Assembly (NCBI GenBank): GCA_009103225.1
Contig: RHPI01000385.1
Coordinates: forward strand, 418,526-482,525
Reading direction: 5' to 3'
DNA: 64,000 bases
From: Chlorokybus atmophyticus
Taxonomy: Eukaryota; Plantae; Mesostigma and Chlorokybus algae
Positions 41,125 to 53,992 of this stretch are shown here, one piece after another. Positions within the stretch are counted from its first letter, which is position 1. Every line of letters starts with the position of its first letter. The notes under the pieces are model-generated. The model was not told the DNA's origin. It saw only the letters and a program-made list of their open reading frames with translations, and ran no database searches. The position numbers and the translations under genes are program-made.

Positions 41125-43966
41125 ATGGCGACGGCGGTGGCGGTGCTGGCCGGCTGCGATCCGCTGGCTCTGGAGGTGCTGCTCGAGGATTTGCGTAGGT
41201 AGCAACAGCTGGAGTTGGATGCTGCCTTCGCGCTGTGTTTGCAACTGGGATTTGCTGCACCGACGCAAGGTGAGCTTCAGCAAGCAATGCACAGCTGGCT
41301 GGTTCTCCTAAGCTTACCTTATGTTTGATGTGTGCAACCACTGTGCTCGTCGGTCGTGCGGGCGGGCGGGCGTGCAATGCCTTGTTTTCTAGAAATTGAG
41401 CTCAAGTATTGTTACAGATAAGTTTAGCTAAAATATTCTGTGTATTCTGTGTTGTGTAAAGCCTTGAAGAGCACACCGCGTGAACATAAACTTCTTGTGG
41501 CCCAAGAAGCCATTCTGGTGACAAATCCTTGCACTGGCTGCACGACCTCTGTGTTAGCAACCATGCCTGCTTGCTTATGCTTATTGTCGAGGTCTTCAAC
41601 TCAGAGGGACTGCTGCATGGATGTGCATACTTTACCTGCTTTGAACCGCAACGTGTTGATGATATGCATTGGTCAGGTGGTGCTGGCTTGAGCAGCGTAC
41701 GGGATGCTTGCTCAATCACTGCGCTTGAAGAGCACATTTGAGCCATTACTCAGGTGCTGCAAGCAGTCAAGGATGGCGAGGTATGGCAGTCAGGCGTTGC
41801 AAGCTTGTGAAGGCAGGTTGCCTGTTTCATTGTGAAGCCGCATGTTGAGAGGTGCAGTACTAGTATACGTTTGAGTAGCTGCTTTTTTGCTTCACAAGGA
41901 AGCACAAGCTGTACCGGAAGCCCAACGGAGGCAGCTGATGGTTGCGAAGCATGACGCCGCATTTGCTCGCTGGCTGGCAGCAGTGCCGTAAAATCAATGG
42001 TTGGAGCATGGGGACACCTACGAGCTGCCCATTGTGCTGCCTGCAGTGCACCAGGCAGCACAAGGTACCCACCTGCAAGTTGATTGCTTTCAATCTTCAC
42101 TTGTTGATGGTGCACCACTGCAGCACCAGAGCCGAAGCCATGCATGCAAATGCCACCTCCACAAGAGCCGTCTCACAGCACAAGCCAACCAGCAGATCAG
42201 TTGCGGTGCACTAGTGCGACTGGGAAAATAAAGGAGCTTCCACATGCTGAATGCATCATATCCCTTAAGTCGGTGCCGTTGATGGTGAGTGCGCCAACTT
42301 GGCTGCACTTTGGTGCGAGATGCTGTGAGTTGTGCAGCTGGTGGCACATGCACCTTGTAAACGCCTCATAAAGTCAATTGCTGAGCGCCTTGGGGAGCTC
42401 AGCCCGCTACCGCAACTGTTGACTGATTGAAGCGCATACAACGCATGGCCTACCAGCTGCATTCATCAGCACCTTCACGTTAGCGGCCACGCACTTTGTG
42501 CAATTGCTGTCATTGACAAATTTCTGTGTGAGCTTGCAATAGTCAGCTGTGCATGTCTCTGGTTCAGTCTCTGGTTATTAGAGACCCACTGCTCAACCAG
42601 TGCTGACTGGGTGCATAACTCACAGACAAGCAGATTCACTCAGGTGTTGCTATGCAGGACATATGCTACCCAACAGGCCCTTCATACAACACAAACGCTG
42701 CTGAGTCTTCAAGCAGTGCCGGCGCACCCTGCAATTGTGGCCACAGCATATGTCGCATTCGCGCCGTCAAGTATTTGAGGCTTAAATTAAAGAAGGAGGA
42801 TGTGCCCATCAAGTTTGCAGAAAGTGGTTGCAGGTAACGGACACCTTCTTGAGACATGAAGATGTTGTTGCGTGAAAGCGCACAAGCGTGCGTGTGTGCG
42901 TTCATCTTCAGCGTGACTACTGGCACAGAGCTGCCTTCGATTGTAGCTTTGCTTGGCAGGTCCACATTCGGACGCGCTGATGTCAAAGCTATACTGGAGG
43001 ATGACGAGCAGGTGGCATTGTTTCCGCGTCTGGATGCTGAGGCCCATATGAAAAACAAGGTGTATTGCCCAAACAAAGAATGTGGGGCGGTCATGGACAT
43101 CTCCAATCCCAGAGGTGCAATTACATGTAGTAAGTGCCTTCGCCCATTCTGTGCAGCCTGTCAAGTGGTTTGGCATGCTGGCTACAGCTGTTAGGAATAC
43201 CAGTCGCTACCTGACCATCTCAGGTACTCAGCGACGTGATTATTGCTCATGGCCTGCACCTTTTGGCATATCTAAAGTGCTAGACTGCAACGCTGCCAGC
43301 AGTGCCCCACAATGGTGCTTTATTCCAGGACACAAGAAGACTTGCAACTGCTGAGGTTGGCTCACATAAACGGTGGCGCCAGTGCCCAAGTTGCAAAAAC
43401 ATGGTGGAGAGACCAGCAGATGGCTGCAACTTCTTACTTTGCCGATGCAAGTCAGGTTTCTGCTACCAGGTATGCACAGGCACACATAACGTCCACCAAC
43501 GCAATCGACCCAATAACTTTTCTGTTGCGCTTGGGCTGCATAAACACATGTGAACTTGCTTATGGCTTGTCGGTGGTGCTGAAAATGTTGATATGGGCTG
43601 AGAGTTGTGTCGCTTGCCAGTGCGGCGTGGCCTACACTGATCTGCCTCCAACTGCGAGCAATTCGCACGGCACACCTGGTTGCCAGTGCGGACTGTGGCC
43701 ACTTGAAGACGAGCGGGAGAGACTTGATGCAGTAGCGCCACAAGTTCCTGCAATGGTGCCACAAGTTCCATTAGAGGTTGCGCCTGAACGATGCAACCAT
43801 GCACCCATGCACCCATGCACCTGAACGATTGCCCCGTGCGGCCAGACGCTACAACCGCATGTGCTGGTCTCAAAGACTTGAGCTCTGCCACCATGGCCGA
43901 AGGAAGTGCTGGTTCTGGCATGAAGACGAGCCCAACTACGTCACCAAGGCAGTGGAAGAGGCATGA
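41125..43966 (+). pseudogene. RBR (RING1-IBR-RING2) E3 ligase pseudogene with C-terminal CCCH finger
   Basis: DAAFALCLQL, HDAAFARWL..W..HGD, CGHSIC, YCPNKEC..CSKCLRPFCAACQVVWHAGYSC, WRQCPSCKNMVER..GCNFLLCRCKSGFCYQC. Broken by TAG 41200, TAA 41989, TAG 43192, a frameshift near 43370 and a 37-nt insertion near 43793. Confidence 0.85.
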
Positions 43967-44269
43967 GACATTGCAGAGAAGAAAGCAGACTTGATTTTGT
44001 GCAACTCCTTGCGGCTAGCCCATCGCATAAAGCGTGGGCGGAATGCGTAGCACTCCTCCGGCGCGAGTAAATGATTTTGTATTTCAGTAGCGCAGGCAAG
44101 CCAGCCTATCTCTTTCACATGTTGTTACCTCAGTTACTCAGTCCGAAATCAGCCGCACGCATTGCATTGAGTTGTAGCAATGCAAGTGTTCCAATCTCGG
44201 CTTTGCGGCGTGCTGCAGTCTCATATGATGCAGCAACTATCGCGCAGCAGCAGTCATGAGCCCCTTTGC

Positions 44270-45251
44270 TTATGAGACATGAGTGAACTTGCTGTCGGCG
44301 TCGAGCAACATGGCGCAATGTCTGCACACACACCACACCTCTATACAAGCGGCATACGCGCGTCCAATGCCCAGCACTAGTCCAATCCCAGGGTAGGTCA
44401 GAGCGGCCAACCATGATGTAGCTGCAACCCCTGGGTGTGCGATCAACCATAGCCAGAGAGGCAGGAAGTCCAAGCCTGCCACAATCAGTACACCAGCGGC
44501 ACTGCGCACACACAATGTAGGTTTACCAGCATCCAGCACCCAATGTCAGTGAATCGTTTGCATGTAATACGTTGCACATCAAACCTGCGGAAGCCGTTTG
44601 CCATTGGCGCTGTCACCCAGGCCGGCGCATTTACGAAGAAACTCTGCTTCCAGCTTTGGCTGCCAGGTGCTGCATGCGTACACACAAACACGCACCTGTT
44701 GCAAGAAGATGTTGTGCACGACTGGCACATCGTTTGCTGCATGCAACAAGACAAACAGACACCAAGGCACATCAAAGTGGTCTCCTTAAACACGCTGCTG
44801 CTGACAACTATACACATACGCGTGTGTTAGATCATGTTGCTCACCATTCCAAGCATGTTATCAGCGTCGGCCACAGAGCCGAATCTGCTGCAAGGCGCCA
44901 CAACAATGCGCGGGCAACGCAATCCACAGTCACATCCAAGAAAGCCCCAAACGCAGACACCTGCACACACATACACTGGTTGGTTCAACTGTGCCTTATT
45001 CCAAACAACCCTTGCATGCTATTCAAGACTCCATTAAAGTGCAACCAACACACCTGATTGAACGCTCTTGCAAGCGTGCCGTCAACAGCGTCAAGCGCCA
45101 TGAAGACAACATAGCCAAGGACGAACAGCTCCGGACGTGCATGCCGGTCAAGCACAGAAAAGACGCATGCCAGCAGCGCCACGCGCAGGTAATCAACAAT
45201 GTTCGGCCAGTAGAGGAGTACGTGCAGGCGGCCACAAGACGGCAAAGGCAT
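44270..45251 (-). CDS. CDP-alcohol phosphatidyltransferase (phosphatidylinositol synthase-like)
   Basis: LLYWPNIVDYLR, ALDAVDGTLARAFNQ|VSAFGAFLDVTVD gives the D-x2-DG-x2-AR...G-x3-D-x3-D signature; hydrophobic. Confidence 0.88.
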
Positions 45252-45814
45252 AGCTGCAACTTGCACTCTGCAAGAGACGACAGCGGAGTCTAGCTGCCAG
45301 CTGGCAGACGGCCTGCCGCACGCATGGCCGCTATGCCTCGCCGCCCACCAGCCTCAAAACCCTCGCCTGGGAGCGCTCCGGACAGCATGCATGTGCGCAG
45401 GGACCTCGTGGTGTGCCGTGCCGCTTGGCTCACGCCGCCGCCGCGGCCGCCAGCGGTGTGATAGGCCACGTGTCTGGTGCTCAGTGCTGGAATCGGGCGC
45501 ATGTCATACACTGTGCCCACATGCCTCACGTGACGCCAGCATCGGTGTGCATGTGTGCACAATATATATGGAACAGGATTGCTCATTGCTCAACCTCGAC
45601 TCCTTTGCTTGCACACAACAAGCATGCACATGTGCACACGAGCTCACAAGACTAGTTTTTGTATATGTAAAGGAGAATGTAATGATGTGTGTGTGTGTGT
45701 ACCCTGCTGCCAACTAACTGCCCCACTACCACCGCATTGCACATTACATAGCAGCACTCAAGGGTAGCGAGTAGATGGCCCCGAGTGTAATTTAACTGCC
45801 TGTGATGTGGGGGG

Positions 45815-45842
45815 NNNNNNNNNNNNNNNNNNNNNNNNNNNN
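45815..45842. other. Assembly gap
   Basis: 28 N. Confidence 0.99.
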
Positions 45843-46640
45843 TCACCAGCGGCGTGTGGACATCAGCACTTGTGGGGGGGATTTGTTGCCTATGCTGAAT
45901 GTGCCCGCTTTGCCTGAGCACGCATGTTTATATATATACATGTTTATATACATGGCATATATATATATACATGGCATACAACGAATTATACCCTGCGCAC
46001 ATGTGTGCCCTACTATGTGATTATCGTATCAATGTGCAAGTGTGAAATGTAAATGTGAATGTGCAGCCGTGCATGTAATGCGCATGACTTGTTGCGAGCA
46101 TTACTTAAAGCTCTTGAACTTACACTGTAAAGTATTAATACTATGTGAGCGATGGCTTATTGATTAGTATTCATGCATGTGCTTGGTGAGTACGTTTTAT
46201 ATCATATAGAATATGATGTGCATAAACGTGTTGTGCTACGCTGCGAATGTGCGTGCGCGTGCTGTAATGCCGTGTTCATACATGTACACATGAAGTCCAT
46301 ATACTAGCTTGGTGGCATATCAGATCCTGGACAGGGGCAAAAAGTGAAGGTTGGGGCTTGAACAATAGCAAGATGAAATTATGGATAATGATGTTGTAAT
46401 ATGTATGTAAGTTTACAATATCAATTCTTAAGGATACCACTATCGTGTTTACTCGGCCGCCCCGCGTGGTGTCCCTCATTTCCCCATTGAAAGCTGCCTT
46501 ACAACAATGCATGCTGCACAAAAAACAATTGGTCCACCGCTGTCAGAATGGGTTTTATATGTAACTACTATACTTTGTATATCATGTACGACATGCGTTT
46601 GCATGATACACATGATGTATTATGCGCACGCATTGTCGGG

Positions 46641-46682
46641 AGCGTGACCCTCGACCCACCGAGGAGAGTCGAGGGTCACGCT
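46641..46682. repeat. Perfect 15-bp stem, 12-nt loop hairpin
   Basis: agcgtgaccctcgac-ccaccgaggaga-gtcgagggtcacgct. Confidence 0.95.
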
Positions 46683-46733
46683 GTCTCGGATAGCTGCAAG
46701 GAAACACATGCTACTGCAGCAGGCTGTAGCATG

Positions 46734-49260
46734 TCAGCAAAAGCAAAAGACAACCCGGCTCTTACAGCATAGATGCTCTTTGGAGCGTGTTTGGTGCGAC
46801 TCAATACGAACGTGTGGAGATGCACTCCACCATAGTGTACATAGTGTGTAATATAGTGCACAGTTGACAAGCCACCCCCTTGAGCCTTTGTTGATGTTCC
46901 AGCTCCAGGGCTCGTTTTTAACGCAAGTGAGGAGAGCCGTTGGCGCGGCACTCATTACACCAATACTCTTCCATGGGCACATCGTCCGACGGGGGCTACA
47001 AACAGTAGCAGTGTGCAGGCCCTTGTTGCAGCTATTGCATATCAATATCTTGGAGTCGTTGGCGTTGCCACAGCGCTCACAGCGGGTGCTACGCGAGGGG
47101 CGAGGGTGCTGCATGCGCCCAAAGCCATCTACATAAGGGAGGTGGCATGGCGCGTAGTTCACCATGTTGTCCTTTATCCTCTCGCCGTTTTGGCCGAGGA
47201 AGTCCAGCACACATGTAAAGTACACATTTAATACCTTGTTAACAGTGCAACCGACGGATGTGTCTAGTGTGTCGTTGGTGGCTGCCATGCGGTAGGCAAA
47301 GTCTCCTGCCTGGAATCGACGGTGGCGCTCCTCATAAAACCATGGCGAACGCACTTGTAGCGCAGCGTGTCGCGGTGCTGCGCGATGCGCAAGTTGTTAA
47401 AGGCCATGGGAACGGTGCCCTTGAAAAAAACTGCGCTTGTGGTGATGTCGTGGTGCACCCAGTCGGGGTTGACATGTTGTTACCATACGATCGACCTCCT
47501 GTTGTGCATGAAAGGGAAGCTGTGACGGGCGCCTTAATGCAAACATTAAGTAGTATGGGCTGTAATCGCGTAAAGCTGCTTGCTTTAATAGGCGATATCA
47601 AAGGGCCACCCAAGGGAGGTGGTCATCCCAGATATTCTTCTCATGCTCTAGCACGTACTTGCGGGGCCTAGGGCCTTCTTAATAGTTTGCATCGTGCGCT
47701 CGGCGAGGCCATCGGCTTGAGAGTGGTCATGCGAGGTACGGTGGTGATCGATGTAGCACCTGTCCACGAGAGTGTCAACGCAATGCCTTGGTCGGTGATG
47801 ACCTCGGCGTAGCTGCCGAATCGGCTAAACATGAGAGAGGAAGGCTTTGAACACCCCCCTACCGCTCTTGTCGAATATTGGCAACAGCTCCACCCACTTG
47901 GAGAAGTGCTCAATTATTATAAAAATGTAGCGATTAGCGCGTGCCGAGGGTGACAAGTCTCTTATAAGATGTCGAGCCCCCACCGATAGAAGAGGCCGGT
48001 AAAGGGGAGAGGGTGCAAGGTGGCGCTGCGCGCGTTGAGGTTGGCGCACCATGTCGCACTGCTGCCAGTTGCGCACGAACTCCAGCACCTGCTTGTGCAG
48101 TCCATACCACCAGTGTTGTAACAAGCTGGATGTACGCTTGACACCAATGTGTTCAAACTCAATGTGGAGAGCAGCGATGATGCCCTCGCGCGTAGCTGGT
48201 GTCGGCACCTCCTTGTATTCACTATGAAGGCGTCGATACAGCTTGTCATCTGCCCAGCGGTAGTGCTGGTGCGTTGGTTGACGCGGTCCTTCTCATGCGC
48301 ACTCATGCCTGCAGGGAGCTGACCACTTTGGAAGAAGGAGAGGGATGGCTTAACCAGCCATATGTCCTACCTAGTGTCGGTGAGTGCTAGCTCCACGTCA
48401 TCGACCTCAACGTCGGTGGCGCAAGCTGTGTCCTCTGCAGGGCTGGTTGACTTAAGAGCAGGAATCTCCTCAGCTGCTGTTATGGCAACGGTGCTGGTCT
48501 TGCGTCCTAATCGCAACTTGGCGACCGCAAACATGGCAGCAACTGTAGGGGATGCTGCTACAGGGCCGAGCTCATGTCGAGCTCCGGTTGCATCGTTGGT
48601 GATGGGATGGGGGTTACAAATTAGGGATGTCTTAACTGGCAACCCATACCTGAGCTTAACTGCTTAACTCCGGTTTATAACCGGAGACATCACGATCGGC
48701 ATCCGGTTAAGCCAGGTTAAGCAATGGTTGTGGGCCGCCTCGCAGGCTGCATGTTGCAGTGCTTCGCGGCATTAAGCATCAAGTCATGTTGCTCATAATG
48801 TGAGCTGCTGGCTCATGTTCACAACATAGGCGATGCACGTGTTGTATGCTGCGAGAATTGGACTCAGCACTCCGCGTCACGTGGTGTGATGGCACATAAA
48901 GTATGACGCATCACGTTGAGTGTGATGGATTATGCTTCATGACAAGGCGATTCGGGGTAATTATATCGGTCATGTGCAGGCTGCTTAACCGAGGTTAAAT
49001 TCGGTTAAGAACGGTTAATATCCGGTTATTAACACAACCGGACGGCACCCTGTCCGGTTAAGACAACCCTAGTTACAATTAAGCACATTGGCATCTTGGA
49101 TGGTAAGGCCAGCGCGGTGGACGATCTGAAAGTCGTACTCTCTTAGTAGTAGCAGAGCCCAACCGGCGAGTGTCCCAGTCAAGTGTTGTGGCTGATGGTC
49201 GCTGATCAAGTGGAGCTGCCGAGGAAGGAATATATCATTCCGTTTACGTAAGACGAGTTC
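46734..49260 (-). mobile_element. Decayed Ty3/Gypsy LTR retrotransposon pol: RNase H end, integrase (Zn finger + core), C-terminal PHD finger
   Basis: LISDHQP..LTGTLAGWALLLLREYDFQIVHRAG; LHIEFEHIGVKRT..WWYGL; IIEHFSKWVELLP; EVITDQG; NNLRIAQHRDTLRY; CERCG..ILICNSCNKGLH. Many frameshifts; LTRs not identified. Confidence 0.88.
48622..49071. mobile_element. Non-autonomous hAT-family element (450 bp) nested in Gypsy pol
   Basis: TIRs tagggatgtcttaac / gttaagacaacccta (14/15 match); flanks gttacaaat / gttacaat (8-bp TSD with one indel); many subterminal ccggtt/aaccgg motifs; its removal rejoins RNase H to the linker. Confidence 0.85.
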
Positions 49261-50670
49261 CCCGCCAAACGCGACATCAGCTGAGAGTTCACGTGACAGG
49301 CGTGAAAGGCAGGTACCGCACAGTACCTCTCAAGGTACCGTGATAGTACCTTCTAACTCAAAGCGTCTCTAGAGACGCTTGTGTATGTGTGTCCGGAGAC
49401 GCTGCGTGTCTCCAGGCAGCAGTTAAGGTAGGTTCTATCAAGGGTACCTAACCAAGCATTGTCAATATCAGTTGCTTGATAGATGTCTACGCAGGCTGAC
49501 CATGGATATCCACTGTAGTTGCTTGGGTTTGCTTAAGGCTTGCTTAGGGTTTCAGGCGGTAGGTACTGGCGCAGCGGCGGCAACATTTGCGGCGTGGGCG
49601 ACCAGCAGAGTGATCAGCAGGGTGATCAGCGGCAGGCGGTAGCCGACTGCTGACGGGTGGGGCGGCTCCAGGCAGAGCGCCGACATTAGGGCATCTAGGC
49701 ACAATATGTTGTGTTAAACGATAACTTGTAACTTTCTTATCTATTTCTACAGATGAAGTCGTTCTTGCAGTGTGCGTGTGTATACATGTGTCCAGCGTGC
49801 GCGCGTGTGTATACATGTGCATCGTGCGTGTTCTTGTATATCATTTGCTAGGCGGGCTAGAAGGTAAGTTGAAGCGCTGTTGGTGTTGGGTTTTGCAGTT
49901 CTTGCATTGTGCGTGAGCGTGTGCATGTGGCCAGCGTGTATATGTCCAGCGTATGTGAGTGTGAGTATGAGTGTGAGTGTGAGCGTGAGTGTGCATGCGT
50001 CAGAGTTGGTGTGCGCATGTGCATGTCTATGCAAATCCAAATTGTGTGTCTTTCACGCGCATACGCGTGCTTGCGTGCAAAGTTGCTTGCCATGCAGGTG
50101 GGTTTGGCGTGCATGTAGAGTAGTGTGTGCGTGTGTTGTGTGTGGTTGTGTGTCTCACATGTGTGCAACACTCCACGTGTGTTTGCGCACACAATAGCAT
50201 CAGACATGCGCACAACGCTCACATTGGCGTACAATCAACAGCAGCACACAACTCTGAACACCTCTGCACACACACTCGATATTGGGGTTGGTTGGTAAAA
50301 TCTGCTCATACCAAGTGACACTTATGTTGCTAGGGCGTGATGATGTGGCGCGCAGTTTTACAAAGTTCTAGAGCCCTTGGAAGCTTGGATTGGATGTCTT
50401 GGGCCTTGCCTGCGCCACTTGGACGTGTCCACAAGTGGCGTCAGTCTCCAGCTCTGTTCCTCACCCAGTTCTTTTGCAGCGGTTGCGTCAGCACGCCACA
50501 ATTGATCATCACACACAAGCCAACACGTTTTGCCCAAGGGCTTAGACATCTCATTGCTTCCATTTGCTGCTGCGGCAGCACTTGCAACTACACAAGTACG
50601 ATTTGCCATTACACCTTGTGCTTGATACATATCACATCGTACCAATCATATAGAATGTGTGCAAGCTCAC

Positions 50671-53618
50671 ATGAGTGATGACGATGATGACCAGCAAGCT
50701 GACAATGCACCCAATACCAGGCCGGGTCTAGCGGAGCTCTTATCACGCAAGCATGAAGAGCGGCCGAACATCAGAGTAAAGTACATGAGAGGCGTCAAGA
50801 TCTATCAGATAGACATGAGTGCATACAACTATTGTAAGCATGTTGTTAACAATATTGTCTTAGGAATGGTGTGAGAAGAATGATCACCAGCGGCGTGTGG
50901 ACATCAGCACTTGTGAGTGGTTCATGTTGGAACATCAACATAAATCTTGGCACAAGTTGGAGAACATTGTCAAAAGTCTTCAAGACGCTGCAAAAAACCA
51001 GTCCTTGCATGAAGGTGTGCCAGCTATTGATCTGCGCGAGAACCATGCAATGAAATTGGTATTGAAGAATGCTCGCCGAGTTATTTGCGATAAAGCAAAA
51101 AGGTAATTTGCTAACTTGCTACATGCCTCAACTCAAACAGTGATTTCTTGAAATGTTTTGACCAATAAGCAAGTTGTGCGTAGGGAGTTCAAGGACCGGC
51201 TGGCAGGCACTAGTGCAGAGGCGTATACACCTGTAGATTATCGCAACATGAATGCTTATTGGTTGGGAAAATTTGCTCATACCAATAACATCCCCAAGCA
51301 AGCTGTGGCTTTGAGAGCAAGATATGGTTGAGAGCACAGTCTGCTCACGCACAACTATAATATTCATGTTGCTAATTTTGGCAACATGCAGATTGGATCT
51401 AGCGTTGCGACATACATGCCTCACGCGCGGCGACGTTGCAAGGGCTTGCGAAGAGTGTGACTTCTATAGCTACAAAATTCCTCAGAACTCTTTAGGGCCG
51501 GACCTTGGTGTGATGATTTGCTTTGTATGTCGCAATGGAAAGATGAACAAGGCACTCATTAACATATGTCGATTATGGTGTGGCACATGACGTTTCCGTG
51601 TTTCATAGTCGCGAACGTTGCTATGCTTGTGCATAGATTGGCAACACGGAGTATTTCGGAGATCTGCGCCACGGAGTTCAATCGGATGTTGGCACAACGC
51701 GCTAGCATTCCATTGGTTTCACAAGTACCATATGCTGCAGCGACCATTTCCGGACTTCACATCATGGGCAACCTGGTGCGTGCGGTAGTGTGCAAGTGCG
51801 TGCCCATCTTATGAATGCGGTATTACAGGTGTGGAGAGCCTCTATTCCCTGGTGAGAAAGTGGGTCAGCACCTGACCTACAGACAACAATACAACCACGC
51901 TTGCGAGGGGTTCCGGGAATGCGGCATTGTGACAGGCAGGTTCAAAGTTCATGCGTCGCGCAAAGAATCATTACAGCAGGCAATGAACGCTGGGTAAGTA
52001 GATTGAGGGTGTGGACATGTCTTCTTGATCGACGGCTTGATATTGTGCACATAAACCGACATTACCATGATGCAGGGCTACAGAAAGTGGTGTGAAGCAA
52101 AATGGCCTGTGGAATAATAACCATTTCAACATGTTCTATGTCACACATCTGAACGTCACAACATGCGCAATTATTGCAGGTAACAATGGCACAGTCACTG
52201 TAATGGTCTGATGATTTTGCATGTATTTATCTACAATTGCATTGTAGGGCATGGACATCTAACCCCAACAAGCATGTGTTGGCTCGTTTGTGGTTCCGCT
52301 TGCCACAAAACATCCGCACTCAGATTTTTCCCGGCTTGGAGTTTGCACTGAATGATGTGCAAAAGGTATTGCTTGCTCGCTTATGATTAAGCGAGTGCAT
52401 TGTCATCGTTTATGGCTGCCAGCGTACATGTCCCTCATATGCGACCTTGGCTCTTGCAGCGGTGTTTGCATGGCAGAGATCAAGAGCGGGACTTTGCAGC
52501 AGTTAAGCATTTAGAGTTGCTTAACTACTTGCGCGATGTTGTAGGGCAGGTATGTTTATGGTTGTTCAAAAACTTGTGCCTTGTGCATGCTTTGATGCAT
52601 GTCTTCTTGCTGGCAGGATGTCGCCATTATGCGGCAAGAAAACATGATTCTGTTTGTAAACACGAGTTGTTTTACAATGCAAAATTTGATGATTGGGCGG
52701 ACGAAGTGGTGGCGTCGCATGATGAGTCCATGGTGGACGCTAATACACAATATGACGAACAGCCGGATTGGGTACGTATTGCTACTGATGCAAGCATTGC
52801 ATATACACATCACTATTTGTAAAAGCTGTTCATACACACAGACTACATGCACAGCCTCTTACATGCACAGTTTTGTGAAACAGCTCGCTGTCATTTTGCA
52901 AGACAACCATGCAATCATGAAGGCGACACAGGACTCGGTGCTGTCAGTGAAGAGGTCGGTGCATGAGCTGAAGGCGAGCAAACAGAGTCAAGACTCTGAG
53001 TTGCAGCAGATCAAGGCTCGCATGCATGTCCATGAAGGCTATCTGCGTACAATTACAGCTGGGCTACGCATCACTTTACCGCCAGTGTCGACGACCATTC
53101 AGCAGGTGCATCCCCGCAGTCAATGACCAAGCAAGCGACATCGTCGTCATAGGCGAGCGAACGAGCCACCTGCAAGGGTTGAGGTACCTGATGCTGCCGC
53201 CCAGCCCACAGCCGCGCAAGCAACCACAACTGCATACGAGCCTGTGGATGCGCCACCACCTTCTCCATACCAGATGGCAGTAAACATGGCTACCGTTGTT
53301 GATGTATGGACAGAATATGTGCGTGGCATCGATGGGGGCCCTGCAGTGCAGGAGTTGGACGGAAAGTTTGGATCTGCCTGGCGGTGCGGCAACGAGCGCA
53401 TGCGCAAGCAATATGGGAAACGCAATGTCTTGTACAAAGCCAAGGAGATGGCGGCGTCTGAGGCCATTTCGGAAGAAGATGCTGCTCGGCGTCTGGATGT
53501 GCCACGAGAGCAACAACAAAAGCAGCTACACAATGGTAAAGGCTCGCGAGCATTATCTGTGGCAGAGTTGACAGACTTGTTGCGCCCTAGCAAGCGCAGC
53601 ATTAGTGCTGATAGTTGA
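50671..53618 (+). mobile_element. Decayed, intron-containing CryptonF-like tyrosine-recombinase DNA transposon (NDC10-like YR domain + GCR1_C domain)
   Basis: DRLAGT..AYT, RLDLALRHTCLTRGD, GKMNK|IGNTEYFGDLRH, NALAFHWF..FPDF, YRQQY..FRECGI..KVHASR (H-x-x-R), LELLNYLRDVV, C-terminal YQMAVNMATVVDVWTEYVRGIDGGPAVQELDGKFGSAWR. Element ends not located. Confidence 0.85.
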
Positions 53619-53992
53619 TCAGCATGTCGTGCTTGTGGATTGCACTTTTACGCTGTACAATGTAATAGAATGCCCCCCCCCCNTGTTGCAATTACTACTC
53701 AATGCCAACCAGTGCATTATGTCAATAGCCATGTAGCGCCATTTGCTATAAACTACAAGCAAGCCACTTTTCACCTACGGTTGCCAAAGCTTTGACTCGC
53801 TAACAATGGCTCATGGCGCAATATGTGGACATGCAGCATGCCGTGGAGGATGCAGCCACACATGCACACATATGCGTAACTTGCTTGAGGGCTTGTGGAT
53901 AAGCCATGCACACTGTGAGAGACCCTCAATATGCAAGCGATAAACACACATACAACAATAATGTGAAAGGCTGTATGCATATACACTTTGGC

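Noticed and set aside
41125-43966. TAA/TAG reassigned to Gln, since three in-frame stops in the RBR gene fall at Q/E-compatible positions
   Set aside because: Neighbouring conserved genes end in TAA/TAG (DnaJ CAQQ-TAA needs a terminal CaaX; Era TAA; KARI, GBP and EEF1AKMT1 TAG), and the RBR gene also has frameshifts. It is a pseudogene.
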